Source of the DNA: an uncultured Spirochaetales bacterium
Lineage (GTDB): Bacteria > Myxococcota_A > UBA9160 > SMWR01
Assembly: GCA_964437835.1 (NCBI GenBank)
Contig: CAYTJA010000088.1
Coordinates: 1,357-65,356 of the forward strand
Length of the DNA stretch: 64,000 nt
Reading direction: 5' to 3'
This document shows, piece after piece, positions 49,044-61,163 of this stretch. Under the pieces are notes generated by a model that saw only the letters and a program-made list of their open reading frames with translations, had not been told where the DNA came from and made no database searches. The position numbers were made by a program, and so were the translations under genes. Every line of letters starts with the position of its first letter. The stretch's first letter is position 1.

Positions 49044-50443
49044 ACATGGCGAGTCGAAACGCGAAGAGCCCGAAGCCGAAGGCTGCCGCGGGCAAGCTGA
49101 CCATTCCGCTGCTCAAGACGGACGAGGCAGGCTTTGCCGCGGCCTTCCACAGCTTGTGCAATCGGCGCATCCACGACGCAGGGGAAGTCGAACAAAGCGT
49201 GCGCGAGATCATCTCCGACGTGCGCCGCCGCGGCGACGCTGCGGTCTTCGAGTACACCCGCCGCTTCGACGCTGCGAAGCTCGAGCGGCTGGAGCTCAAG
49301 CAGGACGAGTGGGACGCGGGGATCGAGCTCGTGGATCCGGCCGACCGCGCGGCGCTCGGCAAGGCCGAGATGCGCGTGCGCGCGTTCCACCGCAAGCGCA
49401 TCCCGTCGAGCTGGGAAGTGCGGGAGGAGGGGGGCGGCATGCTCGGCTACCGGCTGCGCCAGCTCGAGCGCGTCGGCATCTACGTGCCCGGCGGTACCGC
49501 GCTGTATCCGTCGAGCGTGATCATGAACGCGGTTCCGGCTTCGGTGGTCGAGGTGCCGGAGATCGTGATGGCGACGCCGCCCGGTCCCGACGGGCGGATT
49601 CGGCCCGAGGTGCTGGTCGCGGCCCGCATGGCCGGCGTGCACAGGATCTTCAAGATGGGCGGCGCCCAGGCGATCGCCGCGCTCGCCTACGGAACCGAGT
49701 CGGTGCCGCGGGTCGACAAGATCGTGGGCCCCGGAAACGTGTATGTGGCGACTGCGAAACGCCTTGTCTTCGGCGAGGTCGCGATCGACGGGGAAGCCGG
49801 CCCGAGCGAGGTCGTGGTCGTGGCCGACAAGAGCGCGACACCGGCGTGGGTCGCGGCCGACCTGATCTCCCAGGCCGAGCACGACGAGCTCGCGAGCGCG
49901 ATCCTGATCACCCCGGTCAAGGCCCTCGCGGCCAAGGTTCTCGAGCAGCTGAATAAGCAGCTGGAGGGCCTCGCGCGGGCGAAAATCGCGCGCAAGGCGC
50001 TCCAGACCCGGGGCGCGATCATCGTCGCGCGAGATCTCGCCGAGTGCCTGGCGCTGGCCAACGACTTCGCGCCCGAGCACCTGGTTCTGGCCATGGATGA
50101 TGCCGAAGCGCGCTCCAAGCCGGTCAAGAACGCGGGCGCGATCTTTCTCGGGCACTACACTCCGGTGGCCGTAGGCGACTATCTGGCGGGTCCGAACCAC
50201 GTGCTGCCCACGGGCGGGACGGCGCGCTTCTTCTCTCCGCTCGGAGTCGACGACTTCCTGAAGCGGACCAGCATCGTCCGCTTCGAGCCGCCGAAGCTGC
50301 GCGAGCTCGGCTTGGACGTGATGCGGCTTGCCGAGCTCGAGGGGCTGACCGGCCACGGCAAGTCGGTCGATCTGCGGCTGCAGAAGATCCGCCGCGCGCG
50401 CCGCGAGCGCGAAGCGGCCCGCGAAGCCGAGCTGGAGCTCTGA
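49040..50443 (+). CDS. hisD: Histidinol dehydrogenase
   Basis: GIYVPGGTALYPSSVIMNAVPA...IVGPGNVYVATAKR...QAEHDE...GDYLAGPNHVLPT. The ATG at 49040 overlaps the murA stop (alternative ATG 49046). Confidence 0.95.
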   Translation: MNMASRNAKSPKPKAAAGKLTIPLLKTDEAGFAAAFHSLCNRRIHDAGEVEQSVREIISDVRRRGDAAVFEYTRRFDAAKLERLELKQDEWDAGIELVDPADRAALGKAEMRVRAFHRKRIPSSWEVREEGGGMLGYRLRQLERVGIYVPGGTALYPSSVIMNAVPASVVEVPEIVMATPPGPDGRIRPEVLVAARMAGVHRIFKMGGAQAIAALAYGTESVPRVDKIVGPGNVYVATAKRLVFGEVAIDGEAGPSEVVVVADKSATPAWVAADLISQAEHDELASAILITPVKALAAKVLEQLNKQLEGLARAKIARKALQTRGAIIVARDLAECLALANDFAPEHLVLAMDDAEARSKPVKNAGAIFLGHYTPVAVGDYLAGPNHVLPTGGTARFFSPLGVDDFLKRTSIVRFEPPKLRELGLDVMRLAELEGLTGHGKSVDLRLQKIRRARREREAAREAELEL

Positions 50444-50444
50444 C

Positions 50445-50605
50445 GCAAGGGGCCCTGCCCCGCGCAGTGAGCCGAAGGCGAACGAAGATCGTGAGGCTTG
50501 CAAGGGGCCCTGCCCCGCGCAGTGAGCCGAAGGCGAACGAAGATCACGAGGCTTGCAAGGGGTCATTCCCCGCGCAGTGAGCCGAAGGCGAACGAAGGTC
50601 ATGAG
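50445..50605 (+). repeat. 3 tandem copies of a 55-bp GC-rich leader repeat (same family as 15198-15401, opposite window strand, same orientation relative to the downstream gene)
   Basis: GCAAGGGG unit starts at 50445, 50500 and 50555 (period 55). The repeat fills the hisD-hisB spacer. The last unit ends in GAAGGTCATGAG, followed directly by the hisB ATG. Confidence 0.95.
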
Positions 50606-51205
50606 ATGAGCGCGGAGCGAAAACGCAGCGCCTCCGTGGTGCGTTCCACCAAGGAGACCCAGATCCAGGTCGAGCTCGATCTGGACGGGCGCGGGGACTA
50701 TCAGATCGCGACGGGCATCGCGTTCTTCGATCACATGCTCGAGTCCTTCGCGCGCCACGGGCTCTTCGACCTGCGTATCTCCGCAAAGGGCGATCTCAGC
50801 GTCGACACCCATCACACGGTCGAGGACGTCGGGATCACGCTGGGCCAGGCCCTGCGCGAGGCGCTCGGGAACGCGTCCGGGATCCGGCGCTACGGAAGCT
50901 GCGGGCTGCCGATGGCGGAGTCGAAGGTCGAGGTGTCGGTCGATGTGTCCAACCGGCCCTATCTCGTATACCGCGTCGAGCTCGGCAACGACCGCATCGG
51001 AAATTTCGACGCGACGCTGACGGAGGACTTCCTCTACGCCTTCTCGCAGAACGCCGGGCTCGATCTGCACGTGGAGCTCCGCTACGGCAAGAATCCGCAC
51101 CACATTGTCGAGGCGGTCTTCAAGGGCGTGGCGCGCGCGCTGCGCGAGGCTCTCGAACTCGACCCGCGCCAGCGCGGACTGCCCACCGTCAAGGGCGCGC
51201 TGTAG
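50606..51205 (+). CDS. hisB: Imidazoleglycerol-phosphate dehydratase
   Basis: SVVRSTKETQIQVELDLDGRG...FFDHMLESFARHG...DTHHTVEDVGI...NPHHIVEAVFKG. The ATG at 50606 is preceded by GAAGG-N7. Confidence 0.95.
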   Translation: MSAERKRSASVVRSTKETQIQVELDLDGRGDYQIATGIAFFDHMLESFARHGLFDLRISAKGDLSVDTHHTVEDVGITLGQALREALGNASGIRRYGSCGLPMAESKVEVSVDVSNRPYLVYRVELGNDRIGNFDATLTEDFLYAFSQNAGLDLHVELRYGKNPHHIVEAVFKGVARALREALELDPRQRGLPTVKGAL

Positions 51206-51237
51206 CCGGAGCGCAGCCGCCCGCGAAAGCCCCCCGA

Positions 51238-51882
51238 ATGTCCTCCCCCCGCATCGCGCTCGTCGACCATGGATCCGGCAATCTGCGCAGCGTCGCGAAG
51301 GCGCTCGCGCGTTCGGGTCTGGATCCGGAGATCACGGCCGACCCGCAGCGCCTGCTCGCGAGTCGGGCGGTCGTGGTGCCGGGCGTCGGCGCGTTTGCCG
51401 ATGCGGTCGCGAACCTCGGAAAGAGCGGCCTCGCCGACGCACTGTTGCGCTGCATCGAGAGCGGCAAGCCCTACCTCGGGCTCTGCCTCGGGCTCCAGGT
51501 GCTCTTCGAGGAGGGCGACGAGCACGGCGTGACGCCGGGTCTGGGACTCTTTCGCGGCCGCGTCGAGCGCTTCCCCGATCGCGACGCTGCGGGCGCGCTG
51601 CTGCGCGTGCCGCAGATCGGCTGGAACCGCGTGCACTTCTCGGGCGCGCACCCAATGCTCGCGCGCCTGCCGGCGGCCGACGATTTCTACTTCGTGCACT
51701 CGTACCGCGCCGTGCCACGCGATGCGGAGCTGGTCGTCGGCCGTGCCGACTACGGCGCTCCCTTCGCCGCGGCGGTGGCAAGCGCAAACGTCTTCGCGGT
51801 GCAGTTTCATCCGGAGAAGAGCCAGCGAGCCGGCAAGCGCCTGCTCGACGCCTTCGCCGCGTGGGTCGCGGAGTCGGGCTGA
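51238..51882 (+). CDS. hisH: Imidazole glycerol phosphate synthase, glutamine amidotransferase subunit
   Basis: IALVDHGSGNLRSV...PGVGAF...GLCLGLQVLF (catalytic Cys)...FHPEKS. Confidence 0.95.
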   Translation: MSSPRIALVDHGSGNLRSVAKALARSGLDPEITADPQRLLASRAVVVPGVGAFADAVANLGKSGLADALLRCIESGKPYLGLCLGLQVLFEEGDEHGVTPGLGLFRGRVERFPDRDAAGALLRVPQIGWNRVHFSGAHPMLARLPAADDFYFVHSYRAVPRDAELVVGRADYGAPFAAAVASANVFAVQFHPEKSQRAGKRLLDAFAAWVAESG

Positions 51883-52676
51883 TGCCGGCGACTGCGGCCG
51901 GAGCAGGCGTGGGGCGCAACGTCGATCGCGGCAACCGCGGCTTCGAGGTCATCCCGGCGATCGACCTGCTCGAGGGCCGCTGTGTGCGGCTGGCCCAGGG
52001 CGACTATCAGCGCGCCACAATCTACGGCGAGGACCCCGCGGCGGTTGCGGCGGGCTTCGCCGCGTACGCGATCTCGCGCCTGCACGTGGTCGATCTCGAC
52101 GGCGCGCGCGCGGGCAAGCCCCTGAACTCGGCGGCGGTCGCGGCGATCGCGGCGCGCGTGCGGCCGCTGCCGGTGCAGGTCGGCGGTGGGATCCGCAGCC
52201 TCGCCGATGTCGCCGCAAGGCTCGAAGTCGGTGTCGAGCGCGTGATCCTCGGCACCGTCGCGCTGCGCGACCCGGAGCTCGTGAAGCGCGCTGCGCGATT
52301 GTACCCGGGCCGAATCGCGGTCGGGATCGACGCGCGCGACGGGCGCGTGGCCGTCGAGGGCTGGCTCGAGGCGAGCGAAGCTTCGGCCGTCGAGATCGCG
52401 CGCCGCTTCGAGGACGCCGGCGTCGCTGCACTGATCCACACCGACATCGCGCGCGACGGCATGCTCTCGGGGCCGAATCTCGAGGCCACGCGGGCGGTCG
52501 CGCTCGCGGTCGCGATTCCGGTGATCGTCTCGGGCGGCGTTTCGTGCGACGACGACCTCGTCGCCGCGGCGCGGCTGCGGAGCTCGGGCATCGCGGGCGC
52601 GATCGTCGGGCGGGCCCTCTACACCGGCGCGGTCGACCTCGCGCGCGCGTTGGCGCGCGTCGCGGCGGAGGCCTAG
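51882..52676 (+). CDS. hisA: 1-(5-phosphoribosyl)-5-[(5-phosphoribosylamino)methylideneamino]imidazole-4-carboxamide isomerase
   Basis: [20 protein letters not shown]...VQVGGGIRS...[15 protein letters not shown]...VIVSGGV. The ATG at 51882 shares 1 nt with the hisH stop (alternative GTG 51909). Confidence 0.93.
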   Translation: MPATAAGAGVGRNVDRGNRGFEVIPAIDLLEGRCVRLAQGDYQRATIYGEDPAAVAAGFAAYAISRLHVVDLDGARAGKPLNSAAVAAIAARVRPLPVQVGGGIRSLADVAARLEVGVERVILGTVALRDPELVKRAARLYPGRIAVGIDARDGRVAVEGWLEASEASAVEIARRFEDAGVAALIHTDIARDGMLSGPNLEATRAVALAVAIPVIVSGGVSCDDDLVAAARLRSSGIAGAIVGRALYTGAVDLARALARVAAEA

Positions 52677-52680
52677 CTCG

Positions 52681-53472
52681 GTGTTGTGGAAGCGCATCAT
52701 CCCCTGTCTCGATGTCGACAAGGGCCGCGTGGTCAAAGGCGTCCAGTACCTGGACCACGTCGACGCAGGCGACCCGGTCGAGGTTGCCAAGCGCTACGAC
52801 GAACAGGAAGCCGACGAGATCACCTTCCTCGACATCAGCGCGAGCCACGAGGGCCGGCGCACGCTCTTCGAGGTCGTGAGCCGCACGGCCGAAAGCGTGT
52901 TCATGCCGCTCACGGTCGGAGGCGGCGTGCGCTCGCTGCAGGACATCCGCGACCTCTTGAACGCGGGCGCCGACAAAGTCTCGATCATGACCGCGGCGGT
53001 GCAGAACCCGGACCTGGTCGGCGAGGCCGCGCTCAAGATCGGCAGCGCGAACCTCGTGGTCGCGCTGGACGTGCGCCGCCGCGAGGGCGCGGAGGCCTGG
53101 GAGGTCTGCACCCACGGAGGCCGCCGGCCCACCGGCATCGACGCGGTCGAATGGGCGAGCCGGATGGCGCGGGCTGGCGCCGGGGAACTCCTGGTCACGA
53201 GCATGGATCGGGATGGAACGAAGCGGGGCTACGACCTCCCACTCCTGCGCGAGATCACGGCTGCGGTCTCGATTCCGGTGATCGCTTCGGGAGGCGGGGG
53301 GAGTGCCGAGGACATGGCCGCAGCGCTTTCGGACGCCGAAGACGGCGGCCACGCCCAGGCCGCGCTCGCGGCTTCCATCTTTCACTTCCGCGAGACTACG
53401 GTCCCACAGGTAAAGCGACGCTTGATCGAGCTCGGGATCCCGTTGCGTCAACCATCGGTTGATGCCCGCTAG
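52681..53472 (+). CDS. hisF: Imidazole glycerol phosphate synthase, cyclase subunit
   Basis: [18 protein letters not shown]...DEITFLDI...[10 protein letters not shown]...VIASGGGG. Confidence 0.96.
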   Translation: MLWKRIIPCLDVDKGRVVKGVQYLDHVDAGDPVEVAKRYDEQEADEITFLDISASHEGRRTLFEVVSRTAESVFMPLTVGGGVRSLQDIRDLLNAGADKVSIMTAAVQNPDLVGEAALKIGSANLVVALDVRRREGAEAWEVCTHGGRRPTGIDAVEWASRMARAGAGELLVTSMDRDGTKRGYDLPLLREITAAVSIPVIASGGGGSAEDMAAALSDAEDGGHAQAALAASIFHFRETTVPQVKRRLIELGIPLRQPSVDAR

Positions 53473-53790
53473 GGCCTGCGCTAGCGTGCTCTTCAGGCGC
53501 TGCGGAGCGCGAAAAAGATCATAGAAAAAAAGGGGTTACCCGCTCGTGCCCGGCGCGGCAAGCGGGCCTGGAAGCGGCCGAGGGCGGGGCGTGGATCGAT
53601 CGGATCGAGGCCGATCGAGACCACATCGAAAGAATTCGAACGGAACGGGTTGGCACCGAACGGGATGCGACCCGAACCGAGTCGGACCGAGCGGGTTCGA
53701 AGGGACCGAACGAGATCGAATCGAGAGATCGAATCGAGGACTTGGAGCGCGCCTTCGCGAGCCGTCCTCCAGCGAGGAGAGCGAGCCTGC

Positions 53791-53988
53791 ATGCCGGTGA
53801 TCAAGCTTCGCGATAACGAGCCCTTCGAAGTGGCGATGCGCCGCTTCAAGAAGCAGTGCGAGAAGGCCGGCGTGCTGTCCGAGCTCAAGCGCCGCGAGTA
53901 CTACGACAAGCCGAGTGTCCGAAGGAAGAAGAAGGCCGCGGCCTCGCGCAAGCGCGCGCTCAAGAAGGCCCGGAGGATGACGCGCTGA
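53791..53988 (+). CDS. rpsU: 30S ribosomal protein S21
   Basis: [57 protein letters not shown] ~10 nt upstream. It heads the classical rpsU-dnaG-rpoD arrangement. Confidence 0.95.
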   Translation: MPVIKLRDNEPFEVAMRRFKKQCEKAGVLSELKRREYYDKPSVRRKKKAAASRKRALKKARRMTR

Positions 53989-54006
53989 GGAGTCGCCCCC
54001 GCGCGG

Positions 54007-55851
54007 GTGCGCGGGGGGTTGGGTCGGGTTCAGGTGGTCGGCGACTGGCCATCGGGTCCGGGGGCGCGCTTGGGTCGAATCCCCGATGAAGTCATCCAGC
54101 AGCTCCGCGATCGGGTCGACATCGTCGATCTGATCGGCCGCTTCGTGACGCTCAAGCGCGCTGGGCGCAGCTACAAAGGTCTGTGTCCCTTCCACCAGGA
54201 AAAGACCCCTTCCTTCCACGTCAATCCGGATCGCCAGGCCTTCTACTGCTTCGGCTGCCAGGAGGGCGGCAATGCGATCAGCTTCTTGATGAAGGTCGAG
54301 AACCTGACCTTCCCGGAAGCCGCGCGCGTGCTGGCCAAGGAGATCGGCATCGAGATCCCCGAGACCGACGGCTCGGCTGAAAACGGGGCGGATCGGCTCT
54401 TCGACGCGCTCGAGCTCGCACAGGATTGCTACCGCGCCGCACTCGCCGCACCCGGCAATCCCGGCGCCCATTATCTCGAACAGCGCGGCATCGATGCCGC
54501 GACGATCCAGCGCTTCGGGATCGGCTTCGCGCCGGATCGCTGGGATACGCTCGTCACCGCGCTGCGCCAGCGCGAGCTTCCGGTAGAGATCGGCGAGCGC
54601 GCGGGCCTGCTCTCGGCGCGCGAGCGCGGCGGGCACTACGACCGTCTGCGCGGGCGCGTGACCTTCCCGATCCGCGACGTTCGCGGCCGCGTGATCGGCT
54701 TCGGCGGCCGGGCAATCGCAGCGGGCCAGGATCCGAAGTACCTGAACACCCCCGAGACCCCGATCTTCCGCAAGCGCGAGAGCTTCTACGGCTTCCCGCT
54801 CGCGCTCGAGCCGATCCGGCGCCGCGACCGCGCGGTAGTCGTGGAGGGCTATTTCGATCTCGTCGCGCTGCACCGCGCCGGCATCGAACACGTGCTGGCG
54901 ACCTGCGGTACGTCGCTCACGCTCGAGCACGCGCGCAACCTGCGCCGGCGCTGCCGGGACGTCGTCCTGCTCTTCGACGGCGACGAAGCCGGCCAGCGCG
55001 CGATGCAGCGCTCGCTCGAGGTCTTACTGCCCGAAGGTCTGCGCGTGCGCGCGGCGTTGCTGCCGGGCGGCCTGGATCCGGATGACTTCCTCCGCGATCA
55101 CGGCGCGGACGCGCTGCGGGCACTCGTGGACGGCGCACAGCCCGCCCTCGATCAGGTGCTGCGCCGGGCCGCGAGCCGCGGAATTGCGACTCCCTGGGAG
55201 AAGGCCGACGCCGTCGCCGCGGTGGCCCCGCTCGTCGCGCTGATTCCTTCCGCGGTCGAGCGCGCGGAGTTCGTGCGGCAGCTCGCGCTCGCAGTTGGGA
55301 GCGAGGCCGTGCACGTCGAGGCCGCCGTGCGCAGCGCGGCCGCGGGCGCCTCGGGCGAGGGGCCGCGGGAGGCCCTGCCGCCGGCTCCGGCGCGCAGGGC
55401 GCTGGACACCCCGGAAGAGCGCAACCTGCGCCGTATAGCTCAGTGCCTGCTGGATTTTCCGTTCCTGGCTGCCGAAATCGAGCTCGCTCTGTTGAGCGAT
55501 TTGCTGCCGGCCGACCACCCTCTCCTGGACGTGGTGAAGTTGCTGATGTGCGAGGACCTACGCGCGAGCGATGCTCTGGAGCGTGCGGTGGCTGGCCTGC
55601 GTCCGGAGGCCGCCGCGCTGTTGCGGGGTCTCGCGGCGGAGGGCATCGAAATCGACCTGGCCGGGGCGCAGCGAATCCTCGTAGACACTGAATTCTGGCT
55701 GCGCCGGCGCGCAGCGAAGCGGCGACAGCGAGAGCTGACGCAGCAGCTGCGCGAGCCCGGCGCCGACATCTCGCGCGTGCTGCGCGAAAAGGAAGCCCTG
55801 GTCCCCATTTCCCGCGGGCTCTCCGGTCCTCCCGGAGCGCCGCAGCCGTGA
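54007..55851 (+). CDS. dnaG: DNA primase
   Basis: Zinc finger CPFHQEKTPSFHVNPDRQAFYCFGC, then the TOPRIM region (VVVEGYFDLVAL...LLFDGDEAGQRA). The start is uncertain (GTG 54007 or TTG 54070, just before RIPDEVIQQL). Confidence 0.93.
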   Translation: MRGGLGRVQVVGDWPSGPGARLGRIPDEVIQQLRDRVDIVDLIGRFVTLKRAGRSYKGLCPFHQEKTPSFHVNPDRQAFYCFGCQEGGNAISFLMKVENLTFPEAARVLAKEIGIEIPETDGSAENGADRLFDALELAQDCYRAALAAPGNPGAHYLEQRGIDAATIQRFGIGFAPDRWDTLVTALRQRELPVEIGERAGLLSARERGGHYDRLRGRVTFPIRDVRGRVIGFGGRAIAAGQDPKYLNTPETPIFRKRESFYGFPLALEPIRRRDRAVVVEGYFDLVALHRAGIEHVLATCGTSLTLEHARNLRRRCRDVVLLFDGDEAGQRAMQRSLEVLLPEGLRVRAALLPGGLDPDDFLRDHGADALRALVDGAQPALDQVLRRAASRGIATPWEKADAVAAVAPLVALIPSAVERAEFVRQLALAVGSEAVHVEAAVRSAAAGASGEGPREALPPAPARRALDTPEERNLRRIAQCLLDFPFLAAEIELALLSDLLPADHPLLDVVKLLMCEDLRASDALERAVAGLRPEAAALLRGLAAEGIEIDLAGAQRILVDTEFWLRRRAAKRRQRELTQQLREPGADISRVLREKEALVPISRGLSGPPGAPQP

Positions 55852-55890
55852 TCGCAAACCCATGAGCTGAGGTCTAGGAGCACACCCCCC

Positions 55891-57741
<1,851 letters not shown>

Positions 57742-57795
57742 CCCCGAGCGGAGAGGCCCGTCCCCGGGTCGAGGGCCGTCCCTGGGTGGGTGGCT

Positions 57796-59151
57796 TCAGG
57801 CCGGCGGGGGGACCTTGCCTAGCCAGGCGGAGTAGTCACCCTCGTAGCCGACCTGCTGCTGCCGCTCGCATACGCGCTGGCGCACGCGCGCGAGCGCGTC
57901 CTGCGCGATCCGCGCCTGCTGCGTGATCTGCGCGGCGATCGCGTGCCCCTCCGCGCGGGCCGCCGCGTGTGCACCTGCCGAGCTGCCTTCTTCTCCGGCG
58001 TGCCCATTGGGGCCGAGGCCGAGGAAGGCCTCGCTGATCTTCGCCGTGAGGCTGCGCGCGTGCTTGCGCGACGCGACGATGTTGCCCTTGCCGGTCACGA
58101 CGTTTCCGGCCGAGAACACGGTCGGATACTCGGCGAGGCGCCCGAGCTCCCAATCGCTGAATGCGAACAGCTCGCCCTGCATCGGAATGCCCGGGATCGG
58201 CTCCGGGATGCTGCCGATCGAGCTGATCACATAACATCCTCGGCGCTCGAACGTCTCTTCCGTCGGGAGGATCTTGCCGCCCTCCGCGCGCGTGCGCCGG
58301 AAACGCAGGCCCACCAGGCGTCCCTGCTCGACGATCAATTCCTCCGGCATGCACAGCGGCTCGATGTCGAAGCCGTATTTCTCCATCGCCTTCTCGAGCA
58401 GCTTCTTGCGGCTGCCGCGCACCTTCGCGGCGCGCTCGGGCGTCGCGTCCTCGGGGATCTCGGCCAGCGGCATGTCCTCTTGGCGCCGGCGGTAGTAGAT
58501 CGTGCAGCCCGCGAGGCCGAGATCGGAGATCTTCAACCCGTGGCCGGCCAGGATCTTCGGGATGCCCTTGGTCTCGAGCTCGAGCATTGTCGCCGCGATG
58601 CCGCGCTCGCGCAGCTTCTGCTGCGTCGTCTCGAGCATCAGCGCCTTCGCGACGTCGATCGACGCGAGGCCCCCACCGACGACGATCGCGCCGTCCATCG
58701 GCACGAAGCGCGGTCCGTCGTAGTTCGGGTCCTCGGCGTGGTTGAACCAGATGATGAAAGGATTCTGGTAGATCAGGCCCTTGCCGAGGAACGCATCGGC
58801 GCCCTCGACCGGAAGCGGGCGGTCGCGCCAGGCACCGCAGGCCAGCACCACGCCGCTGAAGCCCCAGTCGCGCGCGAGCGCGGTGAAGTCGACGTCGCGC
58901 CCGATGCGCGTGAGCGGAAGGAAGTGCACGCCGGGCAACGAGAGGCGCTCTCCGATCGCCTCGTATTCCTTGTTGCGGAGTGCGACGTGCCAGCGCGGAA
59001 GCCCGTCTTCGATCTTCCCGAAGGGCCGGGCATTCTGTTCGAAGACCACGACTTCGACGCCCTGCTCGGCGAGGGCGCCGGCCACCTCGGCACCCGCGAC
59101 GGCGCCCCCGATGACCGCGACGCAATGGGACGGAGACGCGTGCTGTGACAT
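57796..59151 (-). CDS. FAD/NAD(P)-binding oxidoreductase (glutamate-synthase small-subunit / FprA-like)
   Basis: N-terminal dinucleotide fold [29 protein letters not shown], a second [10 protein letters not shown] fold, and a C-terminal [13 protein letters not shown]. Confidence 0.75.
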   Translation of the reverse strand: MSQHASPSHCVAVIGGAVAGAEVAGALAEQGVEVVVFEQNARPFGKIEDGLPRWHVALRNKEYEAIGERLSLPGVHFLPLTRIGRDVDFTALARDWGFSGVVLACGAWRDRPLPVEGADAFLGKGLIYQNPFIIWFNHAEDPNYDGPRFVPMDGAIVVGGGLASIDVAKALMLETTQQKLRERGIAATMLELETKGIPKILAGHGLKISDLGLAGCTIYYRRRQEDMPLAEIPEDATPERAAKVRGSRKKLLEKAMEKYGFDIEPLCMPEELIVEQGRLVGLRFRRTRAEGGKILPTEETFERRGCYVISSIGSIPEPIPGIPMQGELFAFSDWELGRLAEYPTVFSAGNVVTGKGNIVASRKHARSLTAKISEAFLGLGPNGHAGEEGSSAGAHAAARAEGHAIAAQITQQARIAQDALARVRQRVCERQQQVGYEGDYSAWLGKVPPPA

Positions 59152-59199
59152 CGAAGGGCATCATACCAGGAGCGCGCGCGCAGAGGCTACGCTCCGCGT

Positions 59200-61149
59200 G
59201 TGCTGCGTAATGCCGGCATTCCGGCGGCCTTGTGTCTGCTCGTGGCTGGTGTCTTCGCCCAGGTGCGAAACCACGCATTCGTCCACTACGACGACGACTA
59301 CTACATCCTCGACAACGCGGTGCTGAAGCAGGGCCTCTCGGCCGAGACGGCCTGGCACTGGCTGATTACGCCTTTCGCGACCAACTGGACGCCGCTCTCC
59401 TCGCTCTCGATGCAGCTCGATTTCGAGCTCTACGAGCTGGAGCCGCGCGGCTGGCTGCTCACGAACGTGGCCCTCCACGCGGCCTCGACGCTGCTGCTCT
59501 TCGCGGCGCTGCGCCGCTTGACCGCTTCGACCTGGCGCAGCGCCTTTTGCGCGGCGCTCTTCGGCATCCACCCGCTGCACGTCGAGTCGGTGGCCTGGGC
59601 CTCGGAGCGCAAGGACGTGCTCGCGGGGCTGTGTTTCATGCTCGGCCTCGTCGGGTATTCGCGCTACGCCGAGCGACCCGGAGCGGCGCGCTACCTCGTG
59701 GCTGCTGGCGCACAGGCGCTGGGCCTGCTCGCGAAGCCCACGCTCGTGACTCTGCCCTGCGTGCTGCTCTTGCTCGACTTCTGGCCGCTCGGGCGCTGGC
59801 AGCGCCTCGGCGCGCGTCGCGTCGCGCTCGAGAAGCTCCCACTATTCGCACTCGTCGCCGCTGCGAGTGCGGTGACCTACTGGGTCCAACTGGACCAGGG
59901 TGCGATGCCGCTGCACGCGCCTCCGCTCTTCGAGCGCGCGCAGAACGCGGTCGACTCGTACACCGCCTATCTCTTCCAGAGCTTCTGGCCTACACGGCTG
60001 GCCTGCTTCTACCCGTATCCGCGCGACGCCGGCAGCGCGCTCGACCTCGCCGCGCGCCTGGGCTTGCTCGGCGGCATCAGTGCCGTGGCGCTCGCATGCG
60101 CGCGGACGCGCGGCTACCTCTTCGTCGGCTGGTTCTGGTTCCTCGGCATGCTCGTGCCGATGCTCGGCCTGGTGCAGGTGGGGCTGCAGGCGCGGGCGGA
60201 CCGCTACACCTACCTGCCGCAGATCGGGCTTGCGATCGCGGTCGCATGGGGCGCCTGCGATCTCGCGGCCGGTCGTGTGCGCGCGCGGCGCATCGCGGCG
60301 GGTCTCGCCGCGGCCGCGCTGTTGCTGCTCGCGTTCGTGGCGCAGCGGCAGGTCGGAGTCTGGCGCGACACGCTCTCGCTATTCACGCACGCGGCACACG
60401 TCACCGAGGGAAACTACCTCGCCTGGAAGGTGATCGGAGACGAACACGTGCGCGCCGGCCGGAGCTCGGAGGCCGAGGCGGCCTATCAGAAGAGCATCGA
60501 GCTCAAGGCGGATTACTCGCTGAGCCACTTCGAGTACGCGACGCTGCTCCGCGAACAGGGGCGCGCGGAGCAGGCGCTGCGCCACCTGCGCTGGGTCGCA
60601 AAATCGGATCCCGAGCACGAGCGCGTCTTCGGGGCGCTCGGGTCGCTGCGGGTGGAGCAGGGCGACTTCGCAGCCGCGCTGCCGCCGCTGCGGCGCGCGT
60701 TGGCCCAGAAGCGCGCGGCCGAGCCGGCAGTGCGAGCGCTGCTGCTCGGCTACCTCGCGACGGCGGAGGTCGGCCTCGGCGAGATCGCGGCGGGGGCCGG
60801 TCATTACCGCGAGAGCCTGGCGGCCGATCCCGAGTACAGCCCCTCTGCGCTGAGCCTGGCGCTGCTGATCGCGGGCGATCCCTCGCTCGGAAGCCCGGAG
60901 GAAGCCACCGCGCTGGTGCAGGGCGCGCTGCTGCGCGCGCAGGGAGACAGCCGCCAGATCCGCCTCGTGCTCGCGATGGTCGAGGCGGCAGCGGGGCGGC
61001 GCGAGCGGGCGCTCGAGGTCGCGGAAGCAGTCGCGCTCGAGTCCGATGCCGCTGCGGACGCCGAGCTCGCGGGCCGTGCGCGTGCGCTGCTGCAGCAGCT
61101 CGCGCGCGAGCCTCGGCACACCCCACAGAGGCAGCCGGCGCCTCGCTGA
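59200..61149 (+). CDS. TMTC-like GT-C membrane protein with C-terminal TPR repeats (putative protein O-mannosyl/glycosyl transferase)
   Basis: Polytopic N-terminal half with YDDDYYI and the DUF1736-like IHPLHVESVAWASERKDVLAGL. The C-terminal ~250 aa are TPR-like (AEAAYQKSIELKADYSLSHFEYATLLREQGRAEQA...). GTG start. Confidence 0.7.
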   Translation: MLRNAGIPAALCLLVAGVFAQVRNHAFVHYDDDYYILDNAVLKQGLSAETAWHWLITPFATNWTPLSSLSMQLDFELYELEPRGWLLTNVALHAASTLLLFAALRRLTASTWRSAFCAALFGIHPLHVESVAWASERKDVLAGLCFMLGLVGYSRYAERPGAARYLVAAGAQALGLLAKPTLVTLPCVLLLLDFWPLGRWQRLGARRVALEKLPLFALVAAASAVTYWVQLDQGAMPLHAPPLFERAQNAVDSYTAYLFQSFWPTRLACFYPYPRDAGSALDLAARLGLLGGISAVALACARTRGYLFVGWFWFLGMLVPMLGLVQVGLQARADRYTYLPQIGLAIAVAWGACDLAAGRVRARRIAAGLAAAALLLLAFVAQRQVGVWRDTLSLFTHAAHVTEGNYLAWKVIGDEHVRAGRSSEAEAAYQKSIELKADYSLSHFEYATLLREQGRAEQALRHLRWVAKSDPEHERVFGALGSLRVEQGDFAAALPPLRRALAQKRAAEPAVRALLLGYLATAEVGLGEIAAGAGHYRESLAADPEYSPSALSLALLIAGDPSLGSPEEATALVQGALLRAQGDSRQIRLVLAMVEAAAGRRERALEVAEAVALESDAAADAELAGRARALLQQLAREPRHTPQRQPAPR

Positions 61150-61163
61150 GGGCGCACGCACGA

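Noticed and set aside
50445-50605. The tandem repeats at 50.4 kb and 15.2 kb as a CRISPR array.
   Set aside because: The units are directly abutting with no spacers, there are only 3-4 copies, the periods are 55 and 51 bp, and no cas genes are in the window.
53495-53545. Rho-independent terminator after hisF (GCGCT-GCGG-AGCGC hairpin next to A/T runs).
   Set aside because: On the + strand the hairpin is followed by A-runs, not T-runs. On the - strand the T-runs precede the hairpin. Neither orientation has terminator geometry.
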